Source: Eledone cirrhosa (taxonomy: Eukaryota). From it: 64,000 nt of DNA. The position numbers and the translations under genes are program-made. Shown here piece by piece: positions 57,338 through 64,000 of the stretch (within the stretch, counting starts at the first letter, position 1; every line of letters begins with the position of its first letter). Where the stretch lies: positions 116,250,001 to 116,314,000 of the forward strand of contig OZ024741.1 of assembly GCA_964016885.1 (NCBI GenBank), given 5' to 3'. The notes beneath the pieces are model-generated. The model made no database searches. It saw only the letters and a list, made by a program, of their open reading frames with translations, and had not been told where the DNA came from.

Positions 57338-57716
57338 GTTTAGCACCAGGTCAGACGAGACTGAGCAGTCCTATAATCAAAAACGTTCCACTCATAACCA
57401 TCCAGTCTTGCTCTCAAGCATTGCATAACTAGGACTACACTAACCAGTGTTCCCTGTTTTTTTCAAATTAGTAGGGTAAAAGGGATATTTAACAGCTACT
57501 TCTAGGAGATCCACTGATTAAATGTGTGCTCTCTTTCTCTCTTTGATTCGTTTGATGGAGCATACATTTGATCAAAAGCATTCCAGCCATAACCACCTCG
57601 TATTTTGGAGGCTTCTAAGAACTACATTACACAATATGTCCTTCGTATTTTCGAAAATGGTTAAATGTGATTTGAGGGAGGTTATCGCAGCTACTTCTAG
57701 TAAGTAGAGCGACCGC
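57338..57716 (-). repeat. Two copies of an old dispersed SINE-like repeat (also at ~55088-55390, 58078-58130, 61890-61965)
   Basis: Shared CAGGTCAG.., ATCAAAA.C.TTCCA.C.ATAACCA and CAGCTACTTCTAG motifs. Confidence 0.5.
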
Positions 57717-58129
57717 ACATACAGAAGCTTCCTCATGTAAATGTACTAAAGAAAGATATTCTAGTCCTCAAATTCATTCTCAATATTACTATATTGTGGA
57801 GTGTACACGTGTGTGAGTAGTAAAAGTCGTCTATACGTGTATGTGTGTGTCAATAATCAATTAGATGAATCGATGGTTAGAGTAATAGTGGAAGTACTGT
57901 TTCAGTTATGGCCTTATTACAGAGGCAAAGGGCGATAGGGCTGCTTTTCAATGAAACAAGATCAATATATTATGTTGGAGTAAATATAAAGAATACCTGT
58001 TTTAATACATGCGGTTTCCACTCCCGGAAAGATGTATTAAGCATGTTCCAGTGAGGGAAAGCCACAAAGTAGTCATTCGACCTTCTAGAAACAGCTACCA
58101 AATTTCCCTCCTCAAAGCATACACTACCG

Positions 58130-58161
<32 letters not shown>

Positions 58162-58253
58162 ACAAATTTAATATAGAAATGGTTTCAACTGTTTCATTCG
58201 AAGGAAATCACAAGGGAAACCCTACTGTGGTTACCCCCGATTGAACTGGGACT

Positions 58254-58294
<41 letters not shown>

Positions 58295-58513
58295 ACGGGG
58301 AAAGTGAGAAATGTTTAAATGTATAAGTACTATAAACTTATATATAATCCTGGAATAAAGACGGAAGGGTCATGGCTGGATTGCTTTTGATTAAAGACCT
58401 GTCCGGTGTGATATCTGCGGCCAAACATATTCGATACACGCTCAATGCACATTTATATATTTATATATTAAAAACAAAGCGAGGTTTCACATTAAGGTCT
58501 TTATTGACTATAT

Positions 58514-58603
58514 ACAGTTACGACAGTTTCACGGATAGGTGGCTCAGGATCTATGTAAATGCCATAGACCCCCCGACTCCAGTCCGATCTACTCAACAGA
58601 CTT
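58514..58603 (-). ncRNA. Homologous, degenerate hammerhead (CTGTTGA core) in a pLTR-like element ~58345-58635
   Basis: agt-CTGTTGA-[stem II]-GAAAC-tgtc-GTA^act, then AATAAA; co-linear with 53420-53600. Confidence 0.45.
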
Positions 58604-58633
58604 GTTAGTCTAGCAAAACTAAAATCTCATCCC

Positions 58634-58669
<36 letters not shown>

Positions 58670-58987
58670 GGGATGGTGTATGTGTGGGTGTGCGCGTGCA
58701 TGTGTGTTGCTGCATACTGTATCTTATAATAAAAACAACGAATTTTTACAAAACATTAACGTATTACACAGAAGCACATGTTGGGTTGTATATATATATA
58801 TATACATGTGTGTGTTTGTGTGCATATGTTTGTGCGTGTGTATATAACCTCTATTTGCCTTCATAAATGTGGGTGTTGGATGTTTATACCAAATTTCTAA
58901 AACAAGTTTCTTATATTTACGGGTAGATTTTTGCTTTGTTTCTTTTTACTCTCTCTCTCTCTCTCCACAACATTCTCTTTACTAGCA

Positions 58988-59021
<34 letters not shown>

Positions 59022-59249
59022 TTGTCGTACCCTACATGGTGAAATCCTAGAACACAAATGTTCGCAACAAGTGTTTATCCACTGAAACAGAATAACAAAA
59101 CACGATGATACCCCACACAAAATATGGTAACACAAGACGAAAGAGTCTCACTAAAAAGAGAAACTTACCAATGATTTAGTCTAAAGTTAAGGCTGGATAA
59201 CGTAAGATTTCCACTCTTGTAGCGGACATCTGCAATACACACTTGCTCT

Positions 59250-59945
59250 GTGTTATATATTCTCTATTTCTGTATCTATCTATCTATCTCAATTAATCTC
59301 TTACTCTATCTATCTCTGTTTCTCCCTCGCTCTCTTTGTTATTGTCTCTTCCTCCTGCGTCTATCGCACACTCACTCTGTTATTGTCTCTATCTCTATCT
59401 TTCCTCTCTCTTACTCTGTTATTGTCTTTATATCTATTCCTCTCTCACTCGCCCACTCTGTTATCTCTATCTCTTTTAATCCCTCTCTTATTTAGTCTTT
59501 TATTGTCTTTATCTCTATCGCTCTTCCTCACCCACACAGTCAGTCCCTCATTATATCTATTTCTATCTCCCTCACTTACTCTGTTATTGTCTCTATCTCT
59601 TCCACTCACTCGGTTATTGCTTGTCTCTATCTATCTCACTTTACTCATTCTCTGATTGTCTCTATCTGTCTGTTTTTCATTCACTGTTATTTCTTTCTCA
59701 TTCTATCTCTCTCTAACTTTGTTCTCTGTTGTCTTTACCTCTATCTACCTCTCACTATTTTAGCCTTTCTATCTATCTCACTCGTCCTGTTATTCTTTCA
59801 ACCTCTCTATCTATTTTTCTTTCTCTCTTAATCTTACCTTCTATCTCTTCCTCCCTTTCTTCTCTCTCTCATTTATCTTATATTCTTTCCCTATTTTCTC
59901 CCTCTTTTCCTTCTTTTAGTCTTTTCTCTTTCTCACTCTTTTTCT
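59250..59945. repeat. CT-rich low-complexity tract
   Basis: Direct. Confidence 0.85.
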
Positions 59946-59979
59946 GGCTCAATCACAGAAAGTGGACGGCTGCTACAGT

Positions 59980-60100
59980 TAATCGACGTCACAGTAGAAG
60001 AAGAAGAAAAGTAAGAAGCCAGACGTAGTGTTTATATGCAACGTCATATATGACGTCAGAGATGAGCGCCCCGCCTCTAGTTGTTCCCCAGCACGTGTAA
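59980..60100. promoter_or_regulatory. Candidate cis-regulatory cluster (CRE sites, GC box, E-box)
   Basis: GACGTCA 59986, ACGTCATATATGACGT palindrome 60041-60056 with TGACGTCA 60051, GCCCCGCCT 60068, CACGTG 60092. Confidence 0.3.
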
Positions 60101-60289
60101 TGTAAGCGAGAGGGAAATTTTCTCTTGTATAACAACCTGATAGATTTACTACAAACAAATATACAAGAATATCGGAATGGAGTAGCAAGAAGCTGAGGTG
60201 TTCATGCTTTTCTTTCACATAATATACGAGCAGCATTAATGAATTCGTCTCCACCATGGAATCGAAACCGGATCGTGGATAAATATAGC

Positions 60290-60862
60290 AGTAGTAATAA
60301 AAATAGTGATGCAGTTGTAGTATTAGTGGTGGGGGTGGAGTTGGTCGGTGATATTGCTGATAGAAATAGTGTTATAGGTGATGGTGGTGGTGGTAGTGGT
60401 GGTTGCTGAGATGTTAGTTGCGGTACTGGAAGTTGTGGTGGGGGTCGTTATAGTAGTAATGCTGAAGATGATGACAGTGGTTGTAGCGGAAGGAATAGTA
60501 GTAGTGATGGGGGGGGGGGGATAGTAGAGTGGGTGGTGGTAATGATAGCGGTGGTGATGTTGAAGATGATAGTGTTCATGGTGCTGACAACAGCAGTGTT
60601 TGTTGTTGTTGTTAGTGGTGGTGATGATGATGATAGTGATTGTAGTGATGATGGTGGTTTTGGTGGCAGTGGTGGTGGTGATGATTGTAGTGGTGCTGGT
60701 GGAGGTGACAAATGTATGTGATGTTGGTGGTGCTGGTATTGGTAGTGCTGGTGGTATGACGGGGGTAGAAGTGGGGATGATGATGATAGTAGTAGTGCTG
60801 GTGCTGGTGGTGATAATGATAGTAGTTGTGCTGGTGCTGGTAGTAGTAGTGCTGATAGTCAT
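60290..60862. repeat. (GGT/GAT/AGT)n trinucleotide low-complexity tract
   Basis: Direct. Confidence 0.85.
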
Positions 60863-61054
60863 GAAACAATAAAGACGTCGAATTGATTGCGATTTCAATC
60901 CCTAAAGTGAAGCTACCTTCTATACATAATTCACTAACGACAGTGGAATGGAATAGAATGGACCTTCGTCGGTTTCGACGATAAGAGTTTCAGTTGCTCG
61001 ATCAATGGAACAGCCAAGTAAACTCTAATTCATATTGAAGAGAACTAATTGAAA

Positions 61055-61245
61055 ATAATCGTTTCTTATTTAGACACAAGGCCAACAATTTTTTTAGGGA
61101 GAAGTCAATTAAATCGACTCCGGTGCGTTACTAGTACTTTATTTTATCGATCCCGTAAGGATGAAAGGCAAAACTAAGCTAGGCGGGATTGGAACTCAGA
61201 TCTTAAAGGGTTGTAACTATATGCCACGAAGTATGTCCGACGAAA
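61055..61245 (-). mobile_element. Meta-like tRNA-SINE
   Basis: TTTTATCGATCCCGTAAGGATGAAAGGCAAA..GGGATTGGAACTCAG. Confidence 0.7.
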
Positions 61246-61563
61246 AAAATTACATCACCGTCTCGTGGTCCCGGCAAACAAGATGGAGAAGACATTGCTG
61301 CAGAGGATGGCGAGGGAGATTCGCTGGAGCAGCCATTCCACCTCGTGGGACTCACACTAGCGAGTAACCAGCTTCGCCCCGATAGCAGTGAGTAGGGATG
61401 TAGTCTGGGGGCCAAGAACGCTGGAAGTCTCCACTGCTACAAGTCTGACCACAAACCTATCAGAGAACGGCCCTACAATGTGAAATTAATTTCTTAACTA
61501 GTAAACATTCAGTCAAGCAGGAATTACCAAAATACCTGATCGATTCTCTATCGATATATATAT

Positions 61564-61815
61564 ACTAGCAGAGGTACCCGGCGTTGCTCGGGTATTAAAT
61601 AGCAGTTGTGTAACCCTTTATGTCAATACTTCAGTGCTACTTCGAAAACTATACTTTTACAAAATCATCGGCTTTTTCCAAAAGAGGGTTCCTGCCCCCA
61701 GGGGTCCCCTACTCAATATGTGCCAATTCTGAGAGTTCACATTCATCTGTAAGACAAACGTAGCCCATGTGTCAAGTTTTGTGAAAATCGGTTGCGAACT
61801 CCAGAAGTTATGACG
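61564..61815 (+). mobile_element. Non-autonomous Helentron/Helitron2-like element end
   Basis: T-ACTAG..TACCCGGCGTTGCTCGGGTA subterminal hairpin; internal CAAGTTTTGTGAAAATCGG. Confidence 0.6.
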
Positions 61816-62285
61816 TTTTGTTGCATTGCACTGCAGTTCTTCAGTCGACTCCAAGGAAGTGGTTAAAGGGGGTTATCTGCCGAGTTGTTGTTTAGTCCTA
61901 GGTCACCTCAGATCCAGTAAATGCATAAACGCATAATCAAAGATGTTCGAACTATGACTATTTTGTTTTTTATTTTTTTCACACAATGTTTTTAAGGAGA
62001 TGTTGGTGCTGGTGTTAGTGATGTTGCCGGTCGTGGTAATGATGGTGTTGGTGATAATGGTGGCAGAGCATTTGTCATCGTTGGCGTGATGGTGCTAGTA
62101 GTACTAGAGGTGATGGTGGTGGTGGTGGTGGTGCTGCTGCTGCTGGTGCTGGTAGCTATGTGGGTAGCAATTATGGTGGTTTTGTCACAAAGCAAAAGGA
62201 CGTGACGGTGGAAAAGAGGCGACGACGAGGAGAAGAAGAAGAACAACAACAACAAGGATGAAAACCAACAAACCTTGAATACATT

Positions 62286-62477
62286 ACGAAGGTCGGCTGA
62301 AAAGTTCATAGGCTGACTAACATACTCTTATGGAATGACCAAGTTATGTTTATTTTTCAAGATAGTCCCAGGAAAGAAACAATGAAGTTATTAATAAGAA
62401 GAGCTGAAATTAACACATGCAAGATTTCACATCATTCCTTCCTAGTCAGCCTATGAACTTTTTTTGCTGACCCTCGA
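62286..62477. mobile_element. Mariner-derived MITE
   Basis: TIRs TACGAAGGTCGGCTGAAAAGTTCATAGGCTGACTA / TAGTCAGCCTATGAACTTTTTTTGCTGACCCTCG. Confidence 0.75.
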
Positions 62478-62589
62478 AAACATAAGTGTGACTATTTTAA
62501 AGTTTATATTTAAAACACGACTTATTTTTTGGTAACAGCTCTCACTCCAGTCCGTGGTTATACGGTGGTGGAATATGAAAATTAATTTT

Positions 62590-62765
62590 TTTAAATGAGT
62601 AACTTCTGACTTTTTTTACTACAGAAAATACTCATAACAGCGTATAAGCCCCTGGAATAGAAAAAATGGGCATTAACGCACACTAGTGCTCATCTTTCCG
62701 TTTTAGGGCCTTAAACGCTGTTATTGTTTCTATAGTAAAAAGTGAGCGAAGTTACTAATTCAATT
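62590..62765. mobile_element. Hairpin MITE-like element
   Basis: AGTAACTTC..TTTTTACTACAGAAA..ATAACAGCGT / ACGCTGTTAT..TTTCTATAGTAAAAA..GAAGTTACT. Confidence 0.55.
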
Positions 62766-62821
62766 CAATTTTCCTACATCTATATTCTTATAGTTCTTTA
62801 TTGAATATTTCAATCTATAAT

Positions 62822-63225
62822 AATTGTTTCTACTTTTGGCACAAGGCCAGCAATTATCCAGTACATTACTGGTACTTTATTTTATCGACCCCGTAAGGAT
62901 GAAAGGCAAAGTTAACCTCGGCGGGATTTGAACTCAGAATAGCAAGGGCCGTAACTCTATGCGTCAAAGCATGGATCCGACCCTCTACCGATACTGCCAA
63001 TATCTATAATAATGGTTTCTGATTTAGGAACAAGGCCAACACTTTGGGAGGAGGGAAAAGTCGATTAAATCGACCTCGACACATTACTAATATTTTATTT
63101 TATCGACTTCGTAAGAATGAAAGGCAAAGCTAACCTCGGCGAGATTTGAACTTAGAACGTAAAGGACCATAACTCTGTGTTGCAAAGCAAAATGTCCGAC
63201 GCTCTACTGATACTACCAATCCACT
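62822..63225 (-). mobile_element. Tandem pair of Meta-like SINEs
   Basis: Units 62822-63000 and 63008-63225. Confidence 0.75.
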
Positions 63226-63504
63226 GACCTTTCAATCAATAATAAATACGAACTTAGAGTCGGGACTGATCGTACCTTGAGCTGATCGATTGCGGAACGT
63301 GTATCACAAGTGACTAAAATATGTATTTGATGTTAAATTGATATTTTGTTCCCGTTTACATATTGAAACTTTACTTGTTACGGGTACAATAACTGGTGAT
63401 GACACAAACAACGGATTCTGTTGAGTGCTCTAACTGGTGAACTACCAGTAACTGAACGTTATACACAAAACAACTATATATATATATGTGTGTGTGTGTG
63501 TGTA

Positions 63505-63705
63505 TAATATAGTAAAGAATCAGGGCCCGACAGCTGAGCCATTGCCGTTTCGCCAATAAATTCTTGACAGGAAATTGTTGTTGAAATGGCAAGAGCTCAC
63601 CCGCCAGGTTCTGACACTCTACTATATTTATAGTCTACTAGCCCAAGTATTGAGTACTCTGCTGAATAATGGTCTTACTAGTTTAAAACTGGTACAATCC
63701 TGATA
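63505..63705. mobile_element. Diverged relative of the 55.6 kb hairpin element, in opposite orientation
   Basis: AAGTATTGAGTACTCTG is the reverse complement of CAGAGTACTCAATACTT; imperfect palindrome around GCCGTTTCG..GAAATGGC. Confidence 0.6.
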
Positions 63706-63714
63706 TATATGTAG

Positions 63715-64000
63715 CAGTAATTTGAACTCTTGGCAAAGTAGGTCAGCGTGACTCAGAACGTAAAGAGTCATAACTCTGTGCTGCAAAGCATGGTGTCTGA
63801 CACTCTACCGATACTGCCAATCCACCTAGTAATAATTGTTTCTACCTTTTGGCACAAGGCCAGTAATTATCCCAGTGCATTACTGGTACTTTATTTTATC
63901 GACCCCCGTAAGGATGAAAGGCAAAGTTAACCTCGGCGGGATTTGAACTCAGATGATAAAGGGAGGTAACTCTATGCTTCAAAGCATGGCGTCTGACGCT
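63715..64000 (-). mobile_element. Meta-like SINEs (partial copy plus a copy running off the window end)
   Basis: Same motifs as 62822-63000. Confidence 0.7.

Noticed and set aside
60323-60898. Thr-rich mucin-like ORF
   Set aside because: Degenerate trinucleotide repeat, open in multiple frames

Overview
Eukaryotic, AT-rich, repeat-saturated DNA with no confidently identifiable host gene. The SINE, LINE and microsatellite content suggests a coleoid cephalopod (octopus-like), which is an inference. About 10-52 kb is a nest of retroelements embedded in (TA)n, (TACA)n and (TATAA)n arrays. It holds two RTE-clade LINE families: family A has one intact ~4 kb copy at 34.9-38.9 kb plus several disrupted or truncated copies, and family B has three truncated copies. 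Both families carry a C4HC3 PHD-type zinc finger inserted inside the reverse transcriptase. Also present are CR1-type and L1/Tx1-type LINE fragments, a CORE-type tRNA-SINE with interchangeable RTE tails, a second tRNA-SINE (Meta-domain-like), a bipartite non-autonomous RTE element, Tc1/mariner relics and MITEs, and a Helentron-like end. The most unusual signal is a set of short non-coding fold-back (palindromic) elements inserted in (TA)n. Several carry hammerhead-ribozyme cores, an AATAAA and a shared TTGAG(T/C)R motif, resembling Penelope-like pseudo-LTRs. One tandem-duplicated copy has its hairpin loop in flip/flop orientation. The long Tyr/Ile/His/Thr/Val/Cys-rich ORFs in the ORF track are microsatellite artefacts.
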